The translations under genes were made by a program, and so were the position numbers. This document shows positions 12,751-24,590 of a stretch of DNA of 64,000 nt, piece after piece. Below the pieces are notes generated by a model that worked only from the letters and a program-made list of their open reading frames with translations, ran no database searches and was not told where the DNA came from. Position 1 is the first letter of the stretch. Every line of letters starts with the position of its first letter. The stretch comes from Octopus sinensis (lineage: Eukaryota). The DNA lies in NCBI RefSeq assembly GCF_006345805.1, contig NC_043001.1, forward strand, positions 81,158,001-81,222,000, in the 5' to 3' direction.

Positions 12751-13855
12751 ACTATCACTACCCTTACCATTGTTCTGCTGTCATTAACAGAAGTGCTAAT
12801 CACATTAATCTATGATGATGATATTTGTTTGCTTAATATAGTAGAGAGCTAAAGTAGAAGTGGAATGTTTTGTGGCAGTAATGGTTGTAGATATGGTGCC
12901 AATACTGGTAGTAATAATAATGGTAATGTAGTTGGGTCATTTATTATGATGATAGCTGTAGTGATAATATTGATGATGATTGATTGATTGATTGATTAAT
13001 TGAAGATAGTGGTTTGTACTATGTTATGGTTCCCTTGTTGTTGTTGATGATGATGATGTGTTAGTGCCAGCATAAATGAGGTGGTGATGGTGGTGGTAAT
13101 AGTGATGATGTTGGTGGTAGTGGTGATGAGGATAATGATCTGATACTGGTGGCATAAATGGTTGCGGTGACAGTGGTTATAGTGATGGTGGTGTTGGTGA
13201 TGATGATGTGTTAGCTGCAGCACAAATAATGTTGTTGTTGTTGGTAGTGGTGGTCGTGGTTGTGGTGATGGTGGCAGTAGTGATAGTGGTGTTGGTTTAG
13301 GTATTGGTGTTGGTAATTGTGCCTGTGGGGGTTATGTCTTAATTTAGTGTCACCTCGCCATGGGAATAGAAATAGAGACTATTACAGCAACAGCACCACT
13401 GACAACAACTATAGCAATAACAACAACAGTAGCACATGGCTGTAGGCTAGAGCCAGGCAATTATACATTCATGTAGAGATGAAGTGTTTGGTGGTTGTGG
13501 TGGTGGTGGTATTGATAGTGGTTTTGGTGAGTTCTGAGTGAGAAAGACGGGAGAGAAGAGGTGAGGATGCAGGTGCTCCTTGAGGTATGTCATACAAACC
13601 ATTCATGGTGATGGTGGTGGTGCAGTGGGAGGTTTGGGACTGAAGGTGGAGTGTCGTTGGCTGGCTGGTTGGTTGGTTGGTTGGTTGGTTGGTTGGTTGG
13701 TTGGTCGGGAGGAGAAACAGAACAAACAGGAATTATAAGGCTGCAGGCTGATGAATGGCCTCTGGTGTAGTAGATGTAGCATCTCTTTCTACCGATTTAA
13801 ATACCTTTCTATCTATCTTTCTTTATTTCTGTGCATGTGTCTGTGCGTGTAAATG

Positions 13856-13913
<58 letters not shown>

Positions 13914-14573
13914 TCTAGCTCTCTCTCTCTCATACACACATTCACACACACACACACACACACATATGTATGTATATATATATATATATATATATATGCA
14001 TGTATGCATTTCTATCTGTGAGTGTGTATGTATATATGCCATGACAGACTAATAGTAATATATCTGTCTGTTCACACACACACACATTTCTGTTTAGCTT
14101 TCTGTATACATATGCATATAATAGATATATATATATAATGTTCTGAGAGAGAAGAAAAGAGAGGTGGGGGCACTTCCTTCCACTCTTTACAGTGATGCTA
14201 GTGATTTCTCAATCTACAATACCAGTGATGGTAAATTTTTACACCTGTTTCACTTTTGCAGTACTATTTCCAGTTTCTTTCTTTTTTTATATTTCTCTCT
14301 CTCTCCCGCTCCCCCCTCTCTCTCTCTCTTATGGTCCCTATTTTGCCTCATGATTCCTCTTACTCATCCCATCTTTCTCTCTCCTTTTCTGACCTTTACT
14401 GTTTCACCTTTATCTCTTTGAACTCTTTTTATCCAGAAATTACTGCTCTCAATCCTTATTTCTCTCTCTCTTTCTCTTTCCTTCTTTTTCCTCTATTGCC
14501 TGCCTTCCTCTCAAAATACATGCAACACACATACACATATATTATGCGCATGTATAAGTATTTACTTATACAT

Positions 14574-14837
14574 CAGTGTTTCTCAACCATTTTTTATCTA
14601 TGGACCACTTTGGTGCCTCTTTTACTCAGATGTATCCTCCTAGTCATTTGATGTCTAAAAAATCATGTTTTATAATTAAATATTATGAGGAATTGTAGAA
14701 AACAAAATGTTAAACTATTCTGTGTATTGTAGAAGTATAACCAGTGTATTGCCCATAAATTTTTACAAAATTTGTTATGAACCCCAAAGATCATATGGTA
14801 CCCCAAGGGCCTTATGGACCTCAGTTGAGAACCTCCG
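14574..14837 (+). mobile_element. hAT MITE family 2, copy 1
   Basis: TIRs CAGTGTTTCTCAACC / AGTTGAGAACCTCCG. TSD ttatacat/atgtacat (6/8). Body is the reverse complement of the copies at 24247 and 40187. Confidence 0.8.
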
Positions 14838-15169
14838 ATGTACATAAATGCAAAGGTAGGTATGTGTGAGTATGCACAGGCATAGCTATGTGGTTAAGAA
14901 ACTTGCTGCTCCAATAAAACTCTGTCAAACCCATGCAAGTATGGGCTGGATATTGTTTATTCAGACAGATTTTCAACAGCTGGACACCCTTCTGGTTGTC
15001 AGTCTTCCCCTGCATTGAAGAAAGGTAATATTTCCCCCAAAGCCAGACATGATTTTTTCAGAACATTGGAAATGAATGACACTGTTTGTATGAGAGAGAC
15101 ACTCATTTACAACTATCTTGCAATATCAAGAAGACATAGACACATGCTTGCACTCAGATGCACAATCCT

Positions 15170-15460
15170 CATGTGGTATATAAGCAGAGAGATAGTAATA
15201 TCCAAACATGTATTTGTATGTGTGACTGTCTCTCACTGTCTTGATACTACATGAGAATTGTAAACAGTTGTCATCATCATGCAAGTGGTGTCCATTGTTT
15301 CCAGTATTCTGTGAAAACATATCTGGTCAGGGAAAATATTACCTCACTTGAGAACAAGTGAGGGCTGGTCTAATAGGGTGTCCAGCCATAGGAAAATCTG
15401 GTCTCAACAAATTTTATCCACACTATGCAAGCATGGAAAAGTGGATGCTGAGATGATGAT
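15170..15460 (+). mobile_element. SINE-A tail type 2
   Basis: TTTCCAGTATTCTGTGAAAACAT...GGAAAATCT..CTCAACAAATT..CAAGCATGGAAAAGTGGATG..GATGATGAT. Confidence 0.7.
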
Positions 15461-15704
15461 AATTACACACAGTGTGTGTGTGTATATATGCAAGTTTCAA
15501 AATTTATACAGAACACAATAAAGGAACAATTGGAAAATTCACACATGACATTGGACATTGCTAATTCCTCATTAGTTATCGTCCGAAAAATCCTTAAAAT
15601 CTCATGCTTTTAATGATAATATTGTTCACTTTTGGTTACATCAACAGGAAGAAGTTGCTGGGAATAGCAAATGAACTTTAGTGACAGGGACAATAGGTAT
15701 ATGT

Positions 15705-15845
15705 GGTTTCTTTAAGTTTTGCTATACCAAATCTACTCACAAGGGTTTGGTCAGCCCAAGGTTGTAGTAAAAGATGCTTACCCAAGATTCCACACTTAGA
15801 CTAAACATAAAAGCCATTTGGTTGGGAACCAGACTTCTCAAGTAT
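15705..15845 (-). mobile_element. SINE-A head
   Basis: CTACCAAATCTACTCACAAGG.TTTGGTCAGCCC..GTAGTAAAAGA (reverse complement of head). Confidence 0.65.
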
Positions 15846-16374
15846 ACATACATATATACATATATAAACACACACTAATCTGTACATACATGTATCATAT
15901 GTTTATTACTGGTACTGTAAGTTCATGCAAGACTTGGTTGTCTATGTAACATATAATGCAACATGTGACTCTCTCTTGTGTTTGTTGTCTAATTTTCAAT
16001 GAGGGAAGTCTCGTTTATGACTGGGGGACAACTTTAATAAATAAAATCAAACTAACACATGCACACTGACACACACATACTTAAGTACACAGACGTGCAC
16101 GTGTGTGTAAACATAAACAGTCATGAAATTCTGAGTAGCAATAAAAAGAAATAGATAAAAATCTAATGTATTGATAATTCACACTCACCTGAACACACAA
16201 GCGCATACACACTCACATACATATACAAGCACACACACACAAACAAGCAAGCAAACAAACAAACAAACACATACACACAAACAGTTATATAAATGCACAG
16301 ACACACACAGAGTTAAGTGCTGTTTTGTAATGTTGTCTCAGTCATGAAATTTCTAGTAGTTTTCTTTCTATCTC

Positions 16375-16405
<31 letters not shown>

Positions 16406-16725
16406 ACTTGTTGATGGTATTAAATCTTCACATCATCATAACTCTGATATATTAATGTGGCATTAACATTATCGGAGTGTCTTTGTGTTTATTAGGACAT
16501 CACAAAATGTATTGAGATATAAGTAATGAATATAATCCACACACGTTTTGTAAACTGACATATATGTATGGGTTTGTGTGTGTTTTGGCTTGGCTGTGTG
16601 ATAAGCAATTTGCCTCAGCAGTGCCTCAACATTGCTACAGTTAGGGCAATACTGAGGCACTGTCTTGAAGGATTTAGCCAAATAAATCCAATACTTATTT
16701 TTAAGAGTCTAGTACTTATTCTGTG

Positions 16726-17040
16726 ATGGCGTATGGGTTAGTGGTTAGGGTATTTGGCTCACCATCATGAGGTGAGGTCGTAAGTTCAATTCCTGGTTGC
16801 ATGTTGTGTTCTTGAGCAAGACACTTTATTTCATGTTGCTCCTGTCCACTCAGCTGGCTAAAATGAGTAGTACCTGTATTTCAAAGGGACCAGCCTTGTC
16901 ACATTCTGTGTCACACTGAATCTCCCTGAGAAATATGTTAAGGTTGCACGCGTCTGTGGAATGCTTAGCCACTTGCATGTTAATTTTACAAGCAGGCTAT
17001 TCCGTTGATCGGATCAACTGGAACCCTCATCATCATAACT
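16726..17040 (+). mobile_element. tRNA-derived SINE family C
   Basis: A-box TGGGTTAGTGGTTAGG, B-box AAGTTCAATTCC, then TTCTTGAGCAAGACACTTTATTTCA..CCACTCAGCTG..AAATGAGT. The 3' part matches the 20605 copy in reverse. Confidence 0.78.
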
Positions 17041-17359
17041 GTACTTATTCTGACTGTCTCTTTTCATTGAAATGCTTGCTACATTACAAGGACATAAATA
17101 AACCAATGCCAATTGTTAAGTGGTGGATTGGGAAAACATACACACATAGATATATATATATATACATGCACACACATACATACATATAGTGTGGTGAGAA
17201 AAGCATGAGGGAAACAATGGCTGTGTATATTGTTACATATACTGGAATTTATATAGAGTATTCATAGAAATTTCCACAGATGTCTGTGTATATGTATGTA
17301 TATATATATCTAGAATATAAAGAAAGGGAGGAGGTACGAGACTCTTTTAATTTCTTGTA

Positions 17360-17565
17360 ATCTCTTACTTGTTTCAGTCATTTTGACTACAGCCATGCTG
17401 GAGCACCGCCTTTAGTGGAACAAATCAACCCCAGGACTTATTCTTTGTAAGCCTAGTACTTATTCTATTGGTCTCTTTTGCCAAACCGCTTAGTTTCGGG
17501 GACGTAAACACATCATCATCAGTTGTCAAGTGATGCTGGTACAAACATAGACACATAAATGCATA
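17360..17565 (-). mobile_element. SINE-A tail type 1, well-preserved
   Basis: TTACTTGTTTCAGTCATTTTGAC..CCATGCTGGAGCACCGCC...GGGGACGTAAACAC. CpGs retained. Confidence 0.8.
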
Positions 17566-18699
17566 CATATATATATGTATACTTTTTACTTATATTTCTT
17601 ATATATATTTTATATATTTTTTAATATATTTATAGAGATATTGGTTTATAGTTTTATTGCTCATATATTTTTTCCACATAATTTTTCTGTATTCTATCTT
17701 CCACCCTGCATTTTTCCTGTGCATATATAGACTTGTATATGGTTTTATATGTATATATATATACACACACACACACACATATATATGCATGTATACAGGA
17801 AACTTACTATGATGCAAGTAGACAGCAGGAGAAATCTTCAAAGAACTCCCATCAGCCTGTTAGTTTTTGACATTCTAAAGGAGCTGGGCCCGTCGAGGTC
17901 ATAACTCATAGGTATTCTCTTGCTGTGGGACTGAACCTGAAATCATGTGATTGGGAGGCAAACTTCTTACCATTCAGTCACACCTGTGCCATATGTATAT
18001 TTATGTATATATGTCTTTTCATTTGTTGTTGCAATCAGGTAAATATGATCCAGCAGAGTTATCAACCTTCAAACTTGATGGCTTTCCTTGCATTTCAACA
18101 TGACACTGTACAGTCTGTAGTCTATCCTGTTTGTATGTTTTGAGGTTTTAGTATTTCAAAACTAAAGTCCAAATTTGCATTTCACTTGACAAGGTCTGTT
18201 AAAACAAAGTACCAGTCATGTACTGGAGTTGATTTAATCCAGAATATTCTCTCCCCAAGTTTATTTCCTTAGAGCATCTTCACCATTATTTCAATGTCAA
18301 CTTTTTCATGCTTGCATGGCTCAGACTGAATTTGCTGAGCTGAATTTTCTTCAGCCACATGTGCTTCCTGTTGCCAACATTCACCTGTTTACATGCAGGG
18401 TAGTATTTCCTCATAACCAAACATTCTCTGACAGAAGATTGGAAATAACAGACCCTGCTTGCATAATGGTGATATTTGTTTACAACTGTCACATTATGTT
18501 AACATAAGGAAATAGTAACATACACACACACTTCTTTTCAGTTTCTGTCTACCAGAACTACTCACAAGGCTTTGGTCAACCCCAAGATATAGTAAAATAC
18601 ATTTGCCTTCCTTGGAGCAATGTTAGAAATTGATATTTCAAAAGGTACCCATTATCTTCCCTGTTTATGCAATGGGATGGTGTGGATAGGATAAAACTC

Positions 18700-19320
18700 T
18701 TAAACACATAAGAGATGTGGTGAGAGTTTGAACAGTGAGTGTGTGAGATAGATTATATCATAAGAAGAGGGTGAGATAGAAAAATCATAAAGTAGGTGAA
18801 TGTGATGAAGATATAGTGGGTTATAATTGTAATGTTGGTTAGTGTTATAGGAAGACAAGGAGAAAGATTGTGAGAGATAGAGAGATAGAAAGGTGGAAAC
18901 AAAAAAGTAGGGAGATGGTAAAGTGTGATAGATAGAAATATGTACAGAGATGTATATACTGAGGTTGGTGGAAAAGTAAAGGGTGAGTTAGGTACGTAGG
19001 TAGAATGAGATAACTAAGCAGAATTAGGTAGGTAGATAGATATTGAGATAGATAGATAGATAGATAGATCGCTAAATAGATATTGAAGTAGATAAATAGA
19101 TTGAGGTACAGCGATAAATGTAGATTGAAGTAGGGAGACAGATAAAGTAGTAGAAAGACGGAGGGAGAGATAGTGTGAAAAATAGATAGGCAGGTAGGGA
19201 GGAAAGTAGAGTGCAATAGAGTGTGAGACAGTTTGGGAGAGAGAGAGAGAGAGAGCAACAGTAAGATAAATATAAAGTATGGAGGGATAGTGTGAGTTGT
19301 GAGAAGGTAAGGCTTGTGTA
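18700..19320. repeat. Purine-rich (GA/GATA) low-complexity tract
   Basis: (GATA)n and (GA)n runs in an A/G-rich background. Confidence 0.75.
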
Positions 19321-19564
19321 AAAGACATGTAACAGGCATTCCAAGACAGCTTAAGTGCCATACAATGAGAATCAATACCATTAAAGCTCAATTACTGTTG
19401 CATCATTAATGGTATTCCCCTGTAGCTTTTATATGTTGTGGCTTCGTACTGATCCTTTCATATAGGGGACATTCGACCTTCATTTCTACTTTGTAGTCTC
19501 TTACCTCCTGAACACCTGACACAGCAGCTTAGCTTATAACTGGAACACTTGCTCTGTATATTAT

Positions 19565-19599
<35 letters not shown>

Positions 19600-19720
19600 G
19601 ATTATATAAATATAGATATAGATTATATAGATATTATATATATTGATGATGATGATGATGATGTATATAGGTGTATATTATATATGTGTGTGTATATAGA
19701 TATATATATGTGTGTGTGTG

Positions 19721-19757
<37 letters not shown>

Positions 19758-20508
19758 TATGTATATAGATATATATATGTATATGATATATAGATAGATA
19801 GATATTATATATTACTTGGAAATGGATCGAACGCTACGAATCCATTTCTAAGTAAGTTTTATCTTAATAATTCTGATGCAACACTTTTCTATCACTATTT
19901 CTATTCCTCTCTCTTTTCCTCTTTCTATATTCTTTTCTTTCTCTGCCACCCTTTCTCTAATTCTTCTCTTCCCCCTTCACCATTCTTTATGTGTTCCTCT
20001 TTCTCTCTCTCTCTCACACTTCCTCCTTGATTCTCTTGTTGCTCACATGTGACCAGCAGTCATCTTTCTTCTCCTAACTTGCATTTGTTTCTTTCTTCTC
20101 ATTCAGCTACAAGAGATAGTGTGCATTTTTGTCTGTCTCCTGTCAAAGCTTGTTCTTCAGCATCTCTTAATGGCTTAACAGCCTTTACTGCTTGTTTTAA
20201 CTGTCTGTTTTTGTTACCAACTTTGACCCTCTGCAAATACCAAACTTTATTAAATTTGCTTTGCGGGAGCAAGTGTTTTGACGAAGATGCATCTTGTCCT
20301 AACACTCGAAATGCAGAGTAGATAAAGCAGTGGTCAACTGATGAAGGGATTGTTCTTTATGTTTTCCAATTTGTTTCTTTCATTGTTCAAAAAAAAAGTT
20401 CATTTTCCATGTTTTAGTAATTTATGTTCTCATTTTTAATATCATCTACCCATACATGCATGTGTATATACATATATATGTAAGTATGTATATATATGTA
20501 TGTATATA

Positions 20509-20551
<43 letters not shown>

Positions 20552-20604
20552 TATATTATTATGTATATATTATATATGTATATTCATGGCACTCTGTTGA
20601 TTAT

Positions 20605-20960
20605 GATGACGATTGTTCCTGTTGATCTGATGAATAGAATGGCCTACTCGTGAAATTAATATGCAAGTGGCTGAGCACTCTACAGACACGGGTACACTTA
20701 ACATAGTTCTTGGGGAGATTCAGTATGACACAGAGTGTGACAAGGCTGGCCGTTTGAAATACAGGTACAACAGAAACAGGAAGAAAGGGTGAGGGAAACT
20801 TGTGGTAAAAGAGTACAGCAGGATTCACCCCCACCTCCTGCTGGAGCCTCATGGAGCTTTAGGTGTTTTCACTCAATAAACACTGACAACGCCCTGGGAA
20901 TCGAAACCACAATCCTGTGACCTCGAGTCTGCTGCCTTAACCTCTGGGCCATTCTGCCTC
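20605..20960 (-). mobile_element. SINE family C-related copy
   Basis: Shares GCAAGTGGCT.AGCA.TC.ACAGAC...GGGAGATTCAGT.TGACACAGA.TGTGACAAGGCTGG with 16726. tRNA-like head GGGAATCGAAACC on the minus strand. Confidence 0.72.
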
Positions 20961-20989
20961 CACGTATATTTATATAGATATATATCATA

Positions 20990-21025
<36 letters not shown>

Positions 21026-21027
<2 letters not shown>

Positions 21028-22750
21028 TGATGCTTTAGATAGAAATAACTACAGGGGTATCAAACTGTTGGATCAGGTGATGGTCACAGAGAGGGTCATA
21101 GCCCAACTAATTAGGGAGAAAGTCTGCTTAGATGAGCTGCAGTTCGGTTTTGTGCCAAGTAGAAGTACCACTGATGCTATATTCCTGGTACAGCAACTGC
21201 AAGAGAAGTACCTAACCAAAGATAAACCCCTATATTTGGCTTTCGTGGACCTGGAGAAAGTCTTTGACAGGGTCCCTGATCCCTTATCTGGTGAGCAATG
21301 TGGAAACTGGGGATAGACGAATGGTTAATAAGGGCTGTACAGACCCTATACAGAGATGCCGTTAGTAGGGTCAGGATTGGAAATGAGTATAATGAAGAAT
21401 TCTGGGTAGAAGTGGGGTCCACCAAGGATCAGCTCTCTGCCCCCTCTTATTCATCATAGTCCTCTAGGCAATAACAGAGGAATTCAAGACAGGTTGCCCC
21501 TGGGAGCTCCTCTATGCTGATGACCTGGTCCTCATAGCAGAATCCCTATCAGAACTTGAGAAGAAACTTCAAGTGTGGAAGCATGGGTTAGAATCAAAGG
21601 GCTTTAGAGTCAATGTCGCAAAGACCAAAGTTCTAGTAAGTAGGAAGGTGAACACATCATACTCCCCTTCAGGTAGGTGGCCCTGCTCAATCTGTAGAAA
21701 AGCTGTAGGTAGAAACTCCATAAGATGTACCCACTGTAAGCTATGGACTCATAAGAGGTGCAGCAACATAAAAGGAAGATTAACCAGGAAGATAGCTTTC
21801 ACATTCAGCAGATGCACAGGGGCAATAAACGCCATAGATGCTCAGAAAACAAACTCCATCACATGCCAGGGGCAGAAACTAGAAGTAATTAATAGCTTTC
21901 ACTACTTAGGTAATCAAGTTTGTAGTGGGGGTGGATGCTCAGAGAGTGTTACCACTAGAATAAGAACAGCCTGGGCAAAGTTCAGAAAGCTTCTACTCCT
22001 ACTGGTGACAAAGGGTCTCTCACTCAGAGTGAAAGGTAGATTGTATGATGCATGTGTGTGAAAAACAGAGTGTAAGCGCCCTGAGATAAATGTTAGACAT
22101 AAGAAGCATCGGATGTGGCATGCATGAGAGACGTTTGTGTTGGTGATGGACAAGGAGAGCTGTGTGAAGAAGTGCCACTCCCAAACAGAGGAAGGAATCT
22201 GGGGTAGAGGGAGACCCAAGAAAACATGGGATGAGGTCATGCTTCATGACCTTCAAATGTTGGGCCTCACAGAGGCGATGATTAAAGACCGAGGCGTCTA
22301 GAGGTATGCCGTGACTGAGAAGACCCGGCAAATAAAGTGAGTCCACAGCTGTAATCTACACCAGTGTCACATAACCAGCCCACTCAAAAGTACCTTGGAT
22401 CGTAGGGCAACACGCCGTGCTTGAGGAAACCTATTGAGTCAAGTACATCAGCAGCAATATTAAAATCAAATCAAATGGAAATTGTAGTGTGACCCCCTGT
22501 TCCAGTAGTATGTAAAAAGCGCCATCCAAAAGTGGCCGATGCCAGTGCCACTTTGACTGGCTTCCATACCGGTGGCATGTAAAAAGCACCTGCTACATTC
22601 TTGGAGTGGTTGGCATTCGGAATGGCATGCAGCTGTAGAAACACTGCTGGATCAGATTGGGGCCTGGTGCAGCCTCCTGGCTTCCCAGACCCCAGTCAAA
22701 CCGTCCAACCCATGCCAGCATGGAAAACAGATATTGAACGATGCTGATGC
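21026..22750 (+). mobile_element. RTE-clade LINE, 5'-truncated, degenerate (RT + PHD-like insert + C-terminus + 3'UTR)
   Basis: GDALDRNNYRGIKLLDQVM, LQFGFVPSRSTTDAIF..QLQEKY, LYLAFVDLEKVFDRVP, LLYADDLVLIAES (YADD at 21513-21524), GFRVNVAKTK, SFHYLG, RIRTAWAKF, GRGRPKKTWDEV. Frameshifts and stops, and an internal deletion after LYDACV (~22060). 3'UTR ends CATGCCAGCATGGAAAA..(TGA)n-like. Confidence 0.93.
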
Positions 22751-22789
22751 ATATAGATATATATTATATAGTTATATATATAAGGCTCA

Positions 22790-23230
22790 AACATAGCTGT
22801 GTGATAAGAAGTTTGCTTTCTAACCACATAGTTCTGGGTTCAGTCCCACTGCATGGCAACTTGGTTGTGTATTTTCTACTATAGCTCCAGCCATTTAAAC
22901 TTGTAAGCAGATTTGATAGATGGGCTCTGAAAGAAGCCTATCGTATATGTGAGTGAATATATGTATATATGTATATTTGTGTGAGTGTGCGTGTGCATTT
23001 GTGTCACCTTGTCTTGACGTTACATGATAGTTGTAATATGGTTGTCACTGTCATTCAAGCAGTGTCATTCACTTTCAGTATTCTGTGAGATCATGTGTGG
23101 TCATGCTAAAATAGTATTTGTTTGCAAACAGGTGAGGGTGGTGAAAGGAAGAGCTTCCAGTCATAGAAAATTTCCCTCATTAAACTACACCCAAGTCTTG
23201 CAGATACGGAAAAGTAGATGTTTAAATTAT
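22790..23230 (+). mobile_element. SINE-A head + microsatellite + tail type 2
   Basis: Head at 22790-22950, a (TA/TG)n spacer, then tail 2 to GGAAAAGTAGATGTTTAAA. Confidence 0.75.
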
Positions 23231-23574
23231 GATAATATAAATATTCATGTGTATGTATATACACATACATTCATATGTACATCCTCATCTTCATGATAAT
23301 TTTTTTTCACACCCACTTTTCCTTGCATGCATGATTAAGGCGGGAATTTTGTTAAAGCAAATTTTGTACTGCTTAAAGCCCTTCCTATTGCTAATCTACA
23401 TTTATTTCCAGGTAAGTTATTTCCCCATGGGCTGACACATTTCATAGGAGAGTGGAAGCAAACAACATTACTTCTATAATGGCAAATTTTATGTACAATT
23501 ATCACAATTTAAGACAAAGATGTATACACACACACACATGCACACACACACACACATGCATATATCTTCGTCAT

Positions 23575-23830
23575 TATCATCATCAACATTCAGTGTCTGT
23601 TTTCCATGCTGGCATGGGTTGACAAGAGCTGGCAAGCCAGAGCACTGCACCAGGTTCCAGTCATCCGTTTTGGCATGTCTTCTTCAGCTGGATGCTTTTC
23701 CTAATGCCAGCCACTTTTCAGAGTGTACTGGGTACTTTTGACATGGTACCAGCACAAGTGCCTTTTACATGACACCAGCATGAGTGCTTTTTACGTGGCA
23801 AAAGCACAGGTGCTTTTTACATGGAAGTGT
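23575..23830 (-). mobile_element. RTE 3'-end fragment with tandem GTGCTTTTTAC units
   Basis: TTTCCATGCTGGCATGGGTTGAC..CTGCACCAGG.TCCAGTC..CAGCTGGATGC.TTTCCTAATGCCA, then about four ~25-nt repeats. Confidence 0.75.
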
Positions 23831-23999
23831 TTCTTTCACTGCCACCCAGCTGGACTGAACTCCTTTCTTTATAAGTCTCCTCACTATATATCCCAGTCTT
23901 TTCCTTTCTTTATCTAAATCCACTCCTTCTGTATCTATCCTGGCTGTGTGATTAAGGAGCTTGGTGACTTTGGTTTCATTCCAGCAGTACAGCATCTTA

Positions 24000-24590
24000 G
24001 TCAAGTGTTTTCTAGTATAGCCCTGGGCCAACCAAAGGCTTGTGTGTGTATTTAGTAGACAGAAACTGAAAGAAGTCCATTGTATCTCTGTGTGTTGTAT
24101 TTGTTCACCACCACTTGACAAGCAGGTGTTGGTTTGTTTACAGTTCTGTAAATTTGTGATTTGGCAAAAATGACCTTAGAATAATGCTCCGCACTTGAAA
24201 AAAAACCCAATAAAATAAGTACTGAGCTCAATTTGTTGGACTAATCCATTGGTTTGCAACCAGGGCCTATCTGGCCCTTAGGGTCCATATAGAATTTTTT
24301 TTTTTTTAATTGTTAAAATTTATGTGCAATAAATTGGTTATACTTCTACAATACACAAAATATTTGATTTTTTTTTAATAACATTTCCATTAATATTTAA
24401 TCAAAAAATACAGTATGATTTTTTTTTTATATACTGCGAATGGTTATGGAGGTCCTACAGAGCAAAATAGGAAACAAAAAGTTCATTGGCAAAAAAATGG
24501 TTGAGAAGCACTGGACTAAACCCTTGTAGGTGATGCCCCAGCATGGCCACAATCCAATGGCTGAAACAAGCAAAACAGATAAAAGATTAA
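24000..24590 (+). mobile_element. SINE-A (partial head + tail 1) interrupted by hAT MITE
   Basis: Head remnant at 24000, tail 1 at 24100-24246, resuming at 24514 (GCCCCAGCATGGCCAC..CTGAAACAAG). Confidence 0.7.
24247..24513 (-). mobile_element. hAT MITE family 2, copy 2 (nested in SINE-A tail)
   Basis: Ends CATTGGTTTGCAACC / GGTTGAGAAGCACTG. TSD gactaatc/gactaaac (7/8). SINE tail resumes on the far side. Confidence 0.82.

Noticed and set aside
14191-14228. AG...GT bounded 38-nt micro-exon (DASDFSIYNTSD)
   Set aside because: Phase does not fit the downstream phase-2 exon, no plexin similarity, and such site pairs arise by chance.
16726-16800. tRNA gene candidates (A/B boxes in SINE heads here and at 2771, 40840 etc.)
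   Set aside because: No complete cloverleaf; each runs into a repeated SINE body, so these are tRNA-derived SINE heads.
20625-20655. CTGATGA...GAAA hammerhead-like spacing inside SINE-C
   Set aside because: The sister copy at ~17000 reads differently at these positions (CCGATCAAC on the matching strand), so the core is a chance mutation product. No stem II.
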